Shown piece by piece: positions 39,038 through 49,722 of a stretch of 64,000 nt of DNA. The notes under the pieces were generated by a model. The model made no database searches, was not told the origin of the DNA, and saw nothing but the letters and a program-made list of their open reading frames with translations. The translations under genes were made by a program, and so were the position numbers. Within the stretch, counting starts at the first letter, position 1, and each line of letters opens with the position of its first letter. Source of the DNA: Gemmatimonadota bacterium (GTDB lineage Bacteria; Gemmatimonadota; Gemmatimonadetes; Gemmatimonadales; GWC2-71-9); the NCBI GenBank assembly GCA_039586365.1, contig JBDHKN010000033.1, positions 14,638 to 78,637 of the forward strand. The letters are read 5' to 3'.

Positions 39038-40723
39038 ATGGGCCCACAGGATCGTCCCGACGACGCGTCGCTCAGCGATCGGCCTCGTCACGACCAACAC
39101 CCCCGAGTCTTTGAGCCCACCACGATCGTTCTCATGGCAGTTGTAGGAGTCGTGGGTGCCATCATCGGTTTGCAGATCCTCACGACGCTTGGGTTTACCC
39201 CCAACACATCCATCATCGGCGTTCTTCTGGCCATCGTTGTTTCGCGTATTCCGCTACGGATGTTCAAGCAGTTTCGTTCGATCCACCGGCAGAACCTCGT
39301 CCAAACGAATATCTCCAGCGCCACCTTCGGCGCCGCCAACTCGCTGTTGGTCCCCCTCGGAGTCCCCGTCTTGGTAGGGCGGCCCGATCTCGTGGTACCG
39401 ATGCTCATCGGGGCCACGATGGGCATGCTGATCGATCTGGCGATGCTGTACTGGTTCTTCGACTCGCGGTTGTTCCCGGGACCGGCTCCGTGGCCATTGG
39501 GGATCGCCGCCGCCGAGGCAATTCTGGCTGGGGATGAAGCGGGTAGGAGAGGTACTCTGCTGGGTGCTGGTGCAGCAGCGGGAGTGCTCGGATCGTCGGG
39601 TCTGTTTGGATTGCTGAATCCGATCCTCGGCGCGGGCGGTATTCCCATGGCAGCGCTCGGAATTGCTTTCCTGGGCAATGTCTGGGCCCTGGCGATGTTT
39701 GGCGTCGGACTGCTTGCCCGGGCCTACTCGCCAGGGCTGCTGGGGGTGAATCTCGACCAGAGGTTTGTGCCGCACGGCATAATGATTGGTGCGGGTCTGG
39801 TGGCCTTGGTGCAGGCAGTGCTCTTCGTGGTGCGCCGACGTCGCCAACCGGACGACGAGGGAGCGGACTCCGAGGTTGGCGCAGCTGCTGAAGACCACGC
39901 TACGCAGCCAACGCGGACGGACCGCGACGCCCGCAGGGGGCTATTCCGCGGACTCGGTCTCTATCTGATTGCGGCTCTCCTATTGACTGCGCTCGCAGGT
40001 TTGTGGACGGAAATGTCGGTTGCTCAACTCGCTGAATGGGTGATTTTCGCCGCAGTTGCCTGTATCGCTGCGGAATTCATCGTCGGGTTTTCCGCGATGC
40101 ACGCCGGCTGGTTTCCTGCCTTCGCAACGGCGCTGATCTTTCTCGTCGTGGGTTTGGCTTTGGGGTTTCCGGCTCCAGCCGCCGCGTTGTTGGTGGGATT
40201 TGTTGCCTCGGGAGGGCCGGCTTTCGCAGACGCCGGGTACGATTTCAAGGCAGGGTGGTTGTTGCGCGGCATGGGCCGCGACCCGGATTTCGAGCGTGAG
40301 GGCAGGAAACAGCAGACTGTCGCGGCGGGCGTGGGGCTAGTCACCGCACTCGTGGTGGTGGCTGCGTTTCACCACCTCTACTTCGACAACGGGATGTTCC
40401 CGCCGGTAGCGCGTGCCTACGCTGCTACGATCGAATCCGGGGTCGATCCTACCCGGGCCTTGAGCCTTGTCTTGTGGGCCATTCCCGGTGCCGTCATCCA
40501 GCTAGTTGGTGGCCCGCGACGGCAACTGGGCGTGTTGTTTGGAACCGGTCTGTTGATTCTGAACCCTGCGGCGGGATGGGTCGTGCTGGCAGGCGTTGGT
40601 GTCCGAGTCCTGCTTGCGAGGTGGTGGGGGAATGAAGCAGGCTCGCCGCGCGCGGTCGTTGCGGCAGGGTTCATCGCAGGAGATGCGCTTTGGGCGTTCG
40701 GGAGTTCGTTAGTGAGGTTGTAG
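39038..40723 (+). CDS. OPT/YSL family oligopeptide transporter
   Basis: 'TPNTSIIG', 'RQNLVQTNISSATF', 'WPLGIAAAE', 'GPAFADAGYDFKAGW'; many TM helices. Confidence 0.85.
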   Translation: MGPQDRPDDASLSDRPRHDQHPRVFEPTTIVLMAVVGVVGAIIGLQILTTLGFTPNTSIIGVLLAIVVSRIPLRMFKQFRSIHRQNLVQTNISSATFGAANSLLVPLGVPVLVGRPDLVVPMLIGATMGMLIDLAMLYWFFDSRLFPGPAPWPLGIAAAEAILAGDEAGRRGTLLGAGAAAGVLGSSGLFGLLNPILGAGGIPMAALGIAFLGNVWALAMFGVGLLARAYSPGLLGVNLDQRFVPHGIMIGAGLVALVQAVLFVVRRRRQPDDEGADSEVGAAAEDHATQPTRTDRDARRGLFRGLGLYLIAALLLTALAGLWTEMSVAQLAEWVIFAAVACIAAEFIVGFSAMHAGWFPAFATALIFLVVGLALGFPAPAAALLVGFVASGGPAFADAGYDFKAGWLLRGMGRDPDFEREGRKQQTVAAGVGLVTALVVVAAFHHLYFDNGMFPPVARAYAATIESGVDPTRALSLVLWAIPGAVIQLVGGPRRQLGVLFGTGLLILNPAAGWVVLAGVGVRVLLARWWGNEAGSPRAVVAAGFIAGDALWAFGSSLVRL

Positions 40724-40949
40724 GTGGCAGGTATGCTCTGACCGCAATTCGCTTCCGCTGTCAATCAGTAGCTCTCAGTTTCCCTATCGATCCAGTCAGC
40801 ATCTTCCAGACGTACCCCAGGGTTTCTTGCGGCATCGCGTGTTGTTTTTGGCCGCTGTACTACGGCCCGATCTCTATCCGACCAGGTTTCGCAGTGGTAT
40901 TCTTCCTTGGCAGGCAGGTACCATTCAGCTGGTGGACAGCGGATAGCGG

Positions 40950-41897
40950 ATGGCGCTGAGACAGGTCCTCGATATCATCGAATTGCTCGACCGGCCCACG
41001 ATTAATGGTGCGGACGTGGCGGAGCTTTTTGCCGCTCGGGGGCTCGCCGACATCGAACTGACGCCGGTTGAATCGGATCTTGGCTCGACGACGTTCGTGA
41101 AGTTCGTTGTTCCTGGTAGACAGGGGCAGAGTGGGGGCGGGACGGCTCCTACCTTGGGTCTGATTGGGTTCTTGGGTGGGGTGGGTGCCCGCCCCGCGGT
41201 GGTTGGACTCGTCTCCGATGGAGATGGTGCCGTTACATCCCTGGCGGCTGGCCTCAAGTTGGTGGACATGTACCGTGTTGGTGACCAACTGGCTGGCGAT
41301 GTGATCGTTGCCACACATGTGAGTCCGAACGCTCCGGTTATCCCGCACGAACCGGTGCCTTTCATGGGGTCTCCCGTTTCGGTCGGTGAGATGTGCGAGC
41401 AGCTCGTCGACGATCGCATGGCTGCCATCCTGGCGGTCGACACGACAAAGGGAAACCGGATCATCAACCACCGCGGCTTCGCGATATCGCCCACGATCAA
41501 GCAAGGATACGTGCTACGGGTGAGCGACGATCTACTGACGATACAACAGTACGTGACAGGCAGGTTGCCGGCGGTGTTCGCCGTGACCACGCAGGACATC
41601 ACTCCCTACGGCAATGGACTGTTTCATTTGAACAGCATCCTGCAGCCCGCGACTGCAACCACTGCGCCTGTAGTGGGAGTGGCGATAACCACCGAGACCG
41701 CGGTTCCCGGTTCAGCGTCCGGTGCTAGCCATGCGGTGGACATTGAACTGGCAGCGCGGTTCGTGATTGAAGTAGCCAAGGCTTACACCGCTGGACGGGC
41801 TCAGTTCTACGACGCTGGGGAATTCACACGACTTGTCAGTCTGTATGGCTCGATGGGACATCTGCAGACCCTGGGGAAGGGCGGAAGCGATGAATGA
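40950..41897 (+). CDS. DUF1177 family protein
   Basis: 'GAPTLG..GGVGARP...VSDGDGA'-like region, 'PHEPVPFM', 'DTTKGNRIIN', 'DITPYGNGLFHLNSILQP' (family recognised from memory). Confidence 0.8.
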   Translation: MALRQVLDIIELLDRPTINGADVAELFAARGLADIELTPVESDLGSTTFVKFVVPGRQGQSGGGTAPTLGLIGFLGGVGARPAVVGLVSDGDGAVTSLAAGLKLVDMYRVGDQLAGDVIVATHVSPNAPVIPHEPVPFMGSPVSVGEMCEQLVDDRMAAILAVDTTKGNRIINHRGFAISPTIKQGYVLRVSDDLLTIQQYVTGRLPAVFAVTTQDITPYGNGLFHLNSILQPATATTAPVVGVAITTETAVPGSASGASHAVDIELAARFVIEVAKAYTAGRAQFYDAGEFTRLVSLYGSMGHLQTLGKGGSDE

Positions 41898-42558
41898 CGC
41901 GACTATTGGGGCCATAACCATAGGACAGTCACCGCGCGACGATGTGTTGCCCGAGGTACTGGGCGTGCTGGGACGAGGAGTGCAAGTGATCCAACGCGGT
42001 GCGATAGATGATCTAACCCTAGAGGAGATCGAATCCGAGGCTCCGGCACCGGGAGACAGTGTATTGGTGAGTCGGATGCGTGATGGCACCGAGGTGATGT
42101 TGCGGAGAGAGTTCGTCATCCCGCGCCTCAAACAGTGCATTCACGCCATAGAGGATCAGGTCGACCTCATCCTGATGTTGTGCACTGACCCGTTCTGTGG
42201 GCTCGAATCAAAGAAGCCACTGCTTTCTCCGGGCCGTATCATCGTGAAGCTGGTCGCTGCGCTGGGATTCCGACGCATCGGGGTGGTGACCCCTGTTGCT
42301 GCACAGTTCAGGGAACAGCGTAACAAGTGGAGTGCGGTAGCCCGCGACGTGTTCCTGCAGGCTGCCTCGCCCTACGGTGATGCTGAACAGATCATTCAGG
42401 CTGCGAGCGCGCTTGCCGAGAAGGATGTCGAGTTAGTTGTGATGGACTGCATCGGCTATACGCGCGCGATGAAGGCTGAGGTACGACGAGTCACGGGCCG
42501 CCCGACCGTGCTTCCGACCACGACGATAGCGCGGGTGGCGGCGGAGTTGTTGGGGTGA
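41890..42558 (+). CDS. aroM: AroM family protein (Asp/Glu racemase superfamily)
   Basis: 'TIGQSPRDD', 'LVSRMRDG', 'MLCTDPF', 'ASPY', 'MDCIGY'. Confidence 0.85.
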   Translation: MNDATIGAITIGQSPRDDVLPEVLGVLGRGVQVIQRGAIDDLTLEEIESEAPAPGDSVLVSRMRDGTEVMLRREFVIPRLKQCIHAIEDQVDLILMLCTDPFCGLESKKPLLSPGRIIVKLVAALGFRRIGVVTPVAAQFREQRNKWSAVARDVFLQAASPYGDAEQIIQAASALAEKDVELVVMDCIGYTRAMKAEVRRVTGRPTVLPTTTIARVAAELLG

Positions 42559-42680
42559 ACAGTTCAGAAGATCGTACCAGGTGGTGCCGCAACTGAGTCG
42601 TGTGGTCAGAGGTTACGGCAGCGACATGTCCGCTGACGGCTCATCAACACAGCAGCCGCAAGACTCCAGTTGTGCATACG

Positions 42681-43652
42681 TCACACCAAAACTTCGCGAC
42701 CTCGCTGCACCACTCGGCCATCGATTTCGATAGTGGGTTGCCACATCAACAAGTCATAGTGGGTGGGAGCTACTACGTTGCCGCCCAGAGTGTGACTCGT
42801 ACCGATGCCAATGTGGATGGTGCCCATGACACCTTCGTCATCCAACATACGTCCCGTCAGCTGAGCGTTGGGATTGAGCCCGATCCCGAGTTCGGCGACG
42901 TTGTAACAATTGCGGTCGTTGTGTGAGTCGAGAGCTGCCCTCAGTATCTGTGCCTGTTTGCCTCCCCGCATGCTAGTGATATACCCATCCTCCACAGAAC
43001 ACTCTATGGGCTGATCCAAGATGCCGATGCTCAGGTAAGGAACGCTGGCATCGGCTACCAGCCGACCTTGGCTCGAGCCTTCGACAGGCACAACGTTGAC
43101 CTCGATATCTGGTACCGGCGCTAGCTCGCCGGGGTCCGGAATGTTGGTGAGCACGTTGGCCGTGCGCCCAGTGATGGAAAACGTGAGGTCCGTTCCATGA
43201 GGTGACCTGAGTCGGAGGCGTTCGCCACGAGCTAAAACTGTTCCGAGCCTCCTGCAGAGTGCAGCTTGCGCCTGGAAGTCTGTCTCCAGCAGTGCTGCCG
43301 AGGTGAGGATTTCCTCAGTGTATGCAGTCATCAAGATGGCCCGAGCGCCGCTATCCAGCGCGTTGCGCATGGCTCGGGTATGGGTAATCGATACCGATAC
43401 CGCAGAGAAGATCACATGAGCCTGCCTCATCGCAGCCGCTGCCGGCAATGGTGGCTCTTGTCCGTCTTGCTCACGCTTTGGTATGACGCACGTAACCACT
43501 TCCGCGCCGAGGTCCCGAGCGGCAGACGCAACGAGGTCAGCTATCACCGCCAAATCCCTGTCTGCTATCACAACGACTGACTCTCCCGGCTGGACTCGGC
43601 CGTTCACCTCCACGAGCTTCCTGGCTCCGCGTTGCATCAGCTCCTGGGTCAT
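42681..43652 (-). CDS. M29/aminopeptidase T-like metallopeptidase (NicX-like family)
   Basis: 'NVAELGIGLNP', 'LDDEGVMGTIHIGIG', 'HYDL'. Confidence 0.8.
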   Translation of the reverse strand: MTQELMQRGARKLVEVNGRVQPGESVVVIADRDLAVIADLVASAARDLGAEVVTCVIPKREQDGQEPPLPAAAAMRQAHVIFSAVSVSITHTRAMRNALDSGARAILMTAYTEEILTSAALLETDFQAQAALCRRLGTVLARGERLRLRSPHGTDLTFSITGRTANVLTNIPDPGELAPVPDIEVNVVPVEGSSQGRLVADASVPYLSIGILDQPIECSVEDGYITSMRGGKQAQILRAALDSHNDRNCYNVAELGIGLNPNAQLTGRMLDDEGVMGTIHIGIGTSHTLGGNVVAPTHYDLLMWQPTIEIDGRVVQRGREVLV

Positions 43653-43742
43653 GTTTCCTCCTTACCGTGGGAACAAAGATGCTCTATTCTGTAGGCTTCT
43701 TGTACTGAGAGAGTCGTGGTTGTGGCGCCAACGGGCCCACAG

Positions 43743-43770
43743 CTGATGGCTGTCGGCTGATCGCTGATGA
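43743..43770 (+). repeat. Heptamer repeat CTG(A/T)(T/C)NN x4
   Basis: CTGATGG CTGTCGG CTGATCG CTGATGA. The last unit contains the ATG of the next gene. Confidence 0.7.
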
Positions 43771-44960
43771 AGAGACTGGCCGTGATTCCTGCCTACGCCT
43801 GGACATTTCTGGCCCTTGTAGCTGGGATCGTGCTCGGCGGGTCGCTACCAGGATTGTTGGAACCCGTCGCTCGCGGCACAGCCAGTTTGATCCGGCTGAT
43901 TGTTACGCTGGTGCCGCTTCTCATCGTCGCGGCGTTGAGCCCTGCGATAGCTACTCTGCTGCGTCGGGGTCTTGCTGGCAGGTTTGCTGGGTCGGTCATT
44001 CTCTGGTATGTGGGTAGCTCGGCGTTAGCCGGACTGATCGGGTTGATCGTCGCCTCACTCGTTTTCGGCCTACCGGTTTCCACGGGTTCAGCGGGTGCCT
44101 GGGCGGAAGCGGCGCACATGTTTCGGGCGCTGGCAGAGCAACGCAACGCTTCGCTTCCTCTGCTAGCTATCGTGATCTCAGTCCTATTGGGAGCGGTGGC
44201 ACTCAGATTCGAGCCACTGTTTGGTGTCCTCGCGAGGGTGGAGCAGGGGATCGCCAATATCGGCAACCGAGTGGGCTTTGCGATGATCCCACTCATCTTC
44301 CTGTTCGGGATCTCAATTGGTGTGCGATTCGGGGCACGCTTGGGCATGGGGCACTATCTCACGATGACAGGCTACACGGCGGCGTTGTGCTTGGTCTGGT
44401 CGTCGTTCTATGTGTTCATCGTGATCCGCTACTTGGCGCGACGAGACGTTGGCAAGGTGATCACTGAGTATTACGTACCCACGGCCATCTTTGCCGCCGG
44501 AACCTGTTCTTCGCTTGCGACACTCCCGGTGAACCTGGCAAACTCGAAACGATACGGAGTCCGTGACGAAGTGGCTGACTTCGTACTGCCATTCGGTGCG
44601 GTAGTGAACCTGGACGCCTCCACCTTGATGTACATGGCGTACGCTCCGTTCGTGCTGACATACATCTTTGGCATCGAGATCGGCTGGACCATCTTGCTCG
44701 TCGCGTGGCCGGCACTCGTGCTCTTCACCATCGCAGCCCCGGGGCTCCCAGCAGGCATCGGAACGGCTCTGTGGAGTTCCACACTTTTTGCGTCGATGGT
44801 AGGGCTCAAGGGCCAGGAAAGTGCTGACTTCATCGCCACCTGGATCGCGCTTTCGGGAGGGCTCCCCGATATGTTTCGTACCGCCACCAACTGCTCCGGT
44901 GACGGCTTCACGGCGATAGTGTTCGATAGTCTGTTTGAGCGATTCTTTGCCAAATCATAG
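43767..44960 (+). CDS. Dicarboxylate/amino acid:cation symporter (DAACS)
   Basis: 'TCSSLATLP', 'NLDAST', 'DMFRTATNCSGD'. Confidence 0.88.
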   Translation: MKRLAVIPAYAWTFLALVAGIVLGGSLPGLLEPVARGTASLIRLIVTLVPLLIVAALSPAIATLLRRGLAGRFAGSVILWYVGSSALAGLIGLIVASLVFGLPVSTGSAGAWAEAAHMFRALAEQRNASLPLLAIVISVLLGAVALRFEPLFGVLARVEQGIANIGNRVGFAMIPLIFLFGISIGVRFGARLGMGHYLTMTGYTAALCLVWSSFYVFIVIRYLARRDVGKVITEYYVPTAIFAAGTCSSLATLPVNLANSKRYGVRDEVADFVLPFGAVVNLDASTLMYMAYAPFVLTYIFGIEIGWTILLVAWPALVLFTIAAPGLPAGIGTALWSSTLFASMVGLKGQESADFIATWIALSGGLPDMFRTATNCSGDGFTAIVFDSLFERFFAKS

Positions 44961-45125
44961 CCGAACTTGATCGCCACCACAGATTGGCGGATCTTCCTTG
45001 TCGTACCAGCACATCGATGTCACGTCGGTGACGGGCCAGCCGAGCCGCGGCTGGAGACCGTGACATGACTCGAACAAAGGCTGTTGACTTCGACGAAAGC
45101 GCGATGAAGGAGCTAAGGAATAACC

Positions 45126-46844
45126 ATGAAACAGCAACCGAAGTATTCACTACAGCTTTGCCTTCTCATCGCCCTTCTCGTGCCTCTGGTCGCACAGGGT
45201 CAAAGAGAAGACGCCCTCAGCCCTTCCTGGGACCGTTACCACAGCACCGCTGACGCGCACGCCTTGCTCCAGGCTTGGGCCGAGGAGTACCCTCAGCTCA
45301 CCGAGTTGTACTCGATCGGCGAAACGCTGCAAGGCACGCCTCTCATGGTGCTAGAAATCACCAACAAGGAGACAGGCAAGGCTCTGGAGAAGCCAGGGTA
45401 CTACTACGACGGCAACATCCATGCGGGGGAGTTGACGGGAGCAGAAGTAGCCTTGCACTTCGCGTGGTATCTGCTGGCCAAGTATGGTGAGGACCCTCGT
45501 GTGACTCGCCTCGTCGACACCCGTACGCTGTATGTCCGTCCCAAGTTCAACCCGGATGGTGCGGACGTGGCGCTCACGTCCGTGCACAGCCCGCGCAGCA
45601 CGCCGCGGCCCTATGACGAAGACAGCGACGGTCTACTCGACGAGGATCCTCCCAACGATCTCGACGGGGATGGTGCAATCACACGGATGCGGATCAGGAA
45701 CCCGGGTGGGCTGTGGAAGCAGAGTCCCCAGGATCCTCGAGTCATGGTTCGTCGCGGAGACGGCGAGGTGGATGGGGAGTTCTACGATCTCTATTCCGAA
45801 GGTATCGACGACGATGGCGACGGCTACTTCAATGAGGATGATGTCGGTGGCATCGACATGAATCGGAATTTCCCGCGCAACTGGGGCCTCGAATTCGAAC
45901 AGAGTGGAGCCGGCCCCTATCCCCTGTCAGAGCCAGAGACGCGCGCGACGATCGAGTTCATCAACGGACACCGGAACATCACAGGCGTGTTTCACGGACA
46001 CACGTCCGGCGGGTTTCTCTATCGACTGCCCTCGACTACGTCGTGGGACAACTTCGATATGGCGGACCAGAACCTCATTTTGGAATTGTCGCAGAAGTAC
46101 GGCACAACCACGGGTCAGCCGGTGAGACCCAGTTACAGCAACCCCCGAGTTCACCGTTACGGTACGCTAATCAGTTGGGCGTATTGGGATTTCGGAGTCG
46201 TTGGTTTCGTGCCGGAATTCTGGGGTGGTTTCGGCAGCGACTATGACGGCAACGGCTCCGTGACCGAGGCAGAACGGCTGCGGTGGGATCAGGAGGTGCT
46301 GGGAGGAACGGGCTTTGCCGCTTGGACGACCCACGATCATGCGCAGCTCGGCGTCGTGGAGATCGGCGGCTGGCGGACCCGGTTCACCCGCCAAAACCCT
46401 CCACCTCAGTTGCTCCGAGGGGAGATCGAGCTCTATGTGCCCTGGATGCTGTGGCTCGCCGAGGTTAGTCCGCGCATTGTGGTGCGGGACGCTGCGGGGA
46501 CGCGAGTCAGCGACGGTGACATCTACAAAGTGACCGCAGAGGTCGAGAACGAGGGGTATCTACCCACCAACATCACCCAGCGCGCGCTCGACACCGAGGT
46601 CGCGGTTCCGGTTCGCGTTACGGTCAGCCTCCGCGATGCCACATTGGTTGCCGGCCAAGAGCGAACGGAACTGGGCCATATCGCGGGCTCGCGTGATACG
46701 CAGGGGAGTGAAGGCAGAGCCGACTCTCGGCGTAGCGTCGAGTACGTAGTGCGGGTCACAGGTAGTCGGCCGGTGCTGGAGCTGACTGTATTCTCGGAGA
46801 AGGGAGGGGTGGTCCGGAGAGAGGTCGAGTTGCCGCGTCGCTGA
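45126..46844 (+). CDS. Secreted M14 zinc carboxypeptidase with Asp-rich Ca-binding loops
   Basis: Signal peptide, 'GNIHAGE', 'NPDG', 'DMNRNFP', 'SEPET', 'HGHTSGG', and several DxDxDG loops. Confidence 0.88.
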   Translation: MKQQPKYSLQLCLLIALLVPLVAQGQREDALSPSWDRYHSTADAHALLQAWAEEYPQLTELYSIGETLQGTPLMVLEITNKETGKALEKPGYYYDGNIHAGELTGAEVALHFAWYLLAKYGEDPRVTRLVDTRTLYVRPKFNPDGADVALTSVHSPRSTPRPYDEDSDGLLDEDPPNDLDGDGAITRMRIRNPGGLWKQSPQDPRVMVRRGDGEVDGEFYDLYSEGIDDDGDGYFNEDDVGGIDMNRNFPRNWGLEFEQSGAGPYPLSEPETRATIEFINGHRNITGVFHGHTSGGFLYRLPSTTSWDNFDMADQNLILELSQKYGTTTGQPVRPSYSNPRVHRYGTLISWAYWDFGVVGFVPEFWGGFGSDYDGNGSVTEAERLRWDQEVLGGTGFAAWTTHDHAQLGVVEIGGWRTRFTRQNPPPQLLRGEIELYVPWMLWLAEVSPRIVVRDAAGTRVSDGDIYKVTAEVENEGYLPTNITQRALDTEVAVPVRVTVSLRDATLVAGQERTELGHIAGSRDTQGSEGRADSRRSVEYVVRVTGSRPVLELTVFSEKGGVVRREVELPRR

Positions 46845-46989
46845 AGTGCAGTCGGCGTATTTGCACGCGATTCGACGGTGCTTGCGCCGTCCCACGACAT
46901 CCGTTATTGACACTTGTCCGCGGGTCGGCTTGCTGGCCGACCCCGCCGGGGTGGCGTAACTTAGACTGGATGATCTCGAAAGTGCTCAG

Positions 46990-49481
46990 ATGACGGAAGA
47001 CCTGCTGCAAGACCTCAAGGCGGCCCTGGCTAACCAGTACGACATAGAGGGCGAACTTGGTGAAGGCGGAATGGCCTACGTCTTCGTTGCCCATGACATC
47101 AAGCACGACCGCAAGGTCGCCATCAAGGTACTGAAACCCGATTTAGCGTCTTCCATCGGAACCGAGCGTTTCCTCCGGGAGATCAAGAACGCGGCCAAAC
47201 TCAGTCACCCGCACATCCTGCCACTGTACGATTCGGGCGAGGCCGACGGGATTCTCTACTACGTGATGCCCTTGGTCGAGGGAGAATCTCTCTCCGACTA
47301 CATCGCCAGAGAAAAGCAGCTCTCCATCGAAGAGGCGGTGAAGATCACCCGCGAAATAGCGGAGGCACTGAGCGTCGCGCACAGTTACGGACTGGTCCAT
47401 CGCGACATCAAGCCGGATAACGTGATGATGACGGGGGGCCATGCTTTGGTGGCCGACTTCGGTATTGCCCTCGCGGTAGATCAAGCGGGCGGCGAGAAAC
47501 TCACGCAGACGGGCATGTCCATCGGGACGCCTGCGTACATGAGCCCCGAGCAGGCAGCCGGCAATCCCAACCTGGACGGGCGGTCCGATATCTACAGCCT
47601 GGGCTGCATACTGTACGAGATGTTGATCGGGCAGATTCCTTTCACCGCCCCGACCCCCCAAGCAATGATCGCACGGCACACGATGGATCACATCACGCCG
47701 CCGAGCATCATGCGCGACACCATCCCGCCCGATCTGGAGAACATCATCATCACGGCGATGGAGAAGACGCCCGCCGATCGGTTCCGCACCGCTCAGGAGT
47801 TTGTCGAGGCGTTGGGTGCGGTAGAGCAGGGTGTTGCCCCGAAGGTACGCCTGTCCACGATGACCCGCCGCCACACGACCGGAGTGTACGCGCCCCGAGC
47901 AGCGGACCGAAAGCGCAGCTGGGTCATCGGTGTCGTGGCTGCGGTGGTCCTGATAGCCGGAGGCGTCGCAGTCTGGCAGGTCTTCGGTGGGCCCACCTCG
48001 CGGACAGTTGGCGAGCTGGGTGGGCTCAACCCGCGCAGTGTGGCGGTGCTCTACTTCGATGATTTGAGTCCCGATGGATCGCTGGGGTATGTGGCCGACG
48101 GCATCACCGAAGGATATCTCGCAACGGCGTGGCTCGCTATCGAGGGTCCGGCATTTCCGAAGATAGCATAGCGCGCGCGCTCGAGACCGGCAGCTTGGTT
48201 ACGGGTAGCGTCGAGCCCGAGGGTGATCGGCTGCGAGTCACGGTCAGGCTGGTTGATGGGTTCAGCGGCGCCGACGTAGAGCGCACGACGGTGGCGCTGC
48301 CGGCAGAGAGACTGCTGGCGGTGCAGGATTCCGTCGCCGAGAACGTGGCGAGTTTCCTGCGGCAGCGTCTGGGCGAAGAGGTGAGACTGCGGGAGCGGCG
48401 GGCCGGTGCGACGGATGCCGTAGCATGGACGCTGGTGCAACGTGCCGAGCGTTTGCGGAAGGACGCTTTCGAGCTGGAACAGGACGACCCGGAGCGAGCG
48501 ATCCGGACCTACCGGGAGGCAGATTCCTTGGCGGCCCAGGCCGCAACGATCGATCCGCAATGGGTGGTGCCAGTAGTGTTGCGCGGCTGGCTTGCCTACG
48601 ACCTGTCGTTCATGGCGGACGATATGCCGCAGCGGGTTGAGCGGGTGGAGAGCGCCATCGAGTATGGCAATGCGGCTGTGGCCTTGGATCGGACTTACGG
48701 CGATGCGCTGCATCTGCGCGGCAGATCGCGTTATCTGCTGCGGCGCATGGAAATCACACCCAATCCCCAGCAATTGGAACAGCTGCTCGAGGACGCGCGA
48801 GCCGATCTCGAGGCAGCGGTGGACGCGGACCCCACGTTGGCCAACGCCTGGTACGCGCTGAGCCAGCTGCATTACCATCGGGAGGACATCATGTCGGCCG
48901 TCATTGCTGCCAGACGAGCCTATGAGGCCGACGCGTTTCTCAGCAACCAGGATTATAACCTGTTGCGGCTGTACCAGACCCATTACGACCTGGAGCAGTT
49001 TTCCGATGCCCAGCGGTGGTGCGACGAGGGTGCCCGCCGGTTCCCCAGCGACTACCGGTTCGCCCAATGCCGGCTGTGGATGCTGATCTCGCCGTGGGCC
49101 CCGGCCGACGTGGATCTGGCTTGGCAGCTGGCCGGTGCCTTTGACACGCTCGTGCCTGCGCAGATTGGAGAGCTGGAGCGGCATCGAACACGCATGGTGG
49201 TAGGGGGTGTTCTCGCCCGGGCTGACCTGGCCGACAGCGCACGCCACCTGCTGGAGGCGGCGCGGGCCGGGCCGGACATCGATCCCGACCAGCAGCTGGC
49301 CTCGGACGAGGCCGTGATGCGCATCCTGCTCGGCGATTACGACGAGGCTATCGAGCTGTTGAAACGATATGTCGCGGTGAATCCGGGCCACGATTTCGAC
49401 ATCGACCGGAATCTCCACTGGTGGTGGCGGCCGCTCCGGGACCATCCCGATTTCCGGGCGGTCGTGGCCCCCGGCCGGTAG
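46990..49481 (+). pseudogene. Ser/Thr kinase-TM-TolB-like/TPR receptor, frameshifted near 48113
   Basis: GEGGMA, VAIK, HRDIKPDN, DFG, SPEQ, TM and 'SVAVLYF'. The frame changes between 'ADGITEG' and 'ISRNGVARYRG'. TPR C-terminus ending 'LRDHPDF'. Confidence 0.88.
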
Positions 49482-49583
49482 CGGCGAGCCGATAGCTCAG
49501 CCTTACGCGACGTGATCGAACCCGGATGCCCTGCGGGGTAACATGCTCGGGCGACCTCTCGCCGCGGCGAGGCCAGAGGGACT

Positions 49584-49601
49584 TGTTGCGTACCCGCAAC
49601 A
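49584..49601. promoter_or_regulatory. Palindrome TGTTGCG-N4-CGCAACA; candidate bEBP upstream activating sequence
   Basis: Perfect 7-bp arms (TGT-N12-ACA), 100 bp upstream of a sigma54 promoter. Confidence 0.6.
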
Positions 49602-49700
49602 TTTCGCGCGCAGAACGGTGTTGGAGTCGAGCAGACCAGCCCACGGTTGACATACAGAGTCCCGAGACCTACATCTCCCCTTTGTAGGGCCCCCTTACTG

Positions 49701-49716
49701 TGGCACCCATCTTGCT
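49701..49716 (+). promoter_or_regulatory. Sigma54 (-24/-12) promoter
   Basis: TGGCAC-CCATC-TTGCT, an exact consensus match with correct spacing. Confidence 0.8.
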
Positions 49717-49722
49717 AGCAGG

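Noticed and set aside
40760..40935. Minus-strand stretch translating as PAEWYLPAKEEYHCE, faintly like a DUF1524/HNH C-terminus
   Set aside because: No start codon, an upstream in-frame stop, and the similarity is too short to support a gene remnant.
48051..49445. 464-aa minus-strand ORF (and similar long antisense ORFs at 49871-50905, 32053-33012, 33211-34101)
   Set aside because: These are shadow ORFs opposite well-supported genes, as expected from high-GC codon bias.
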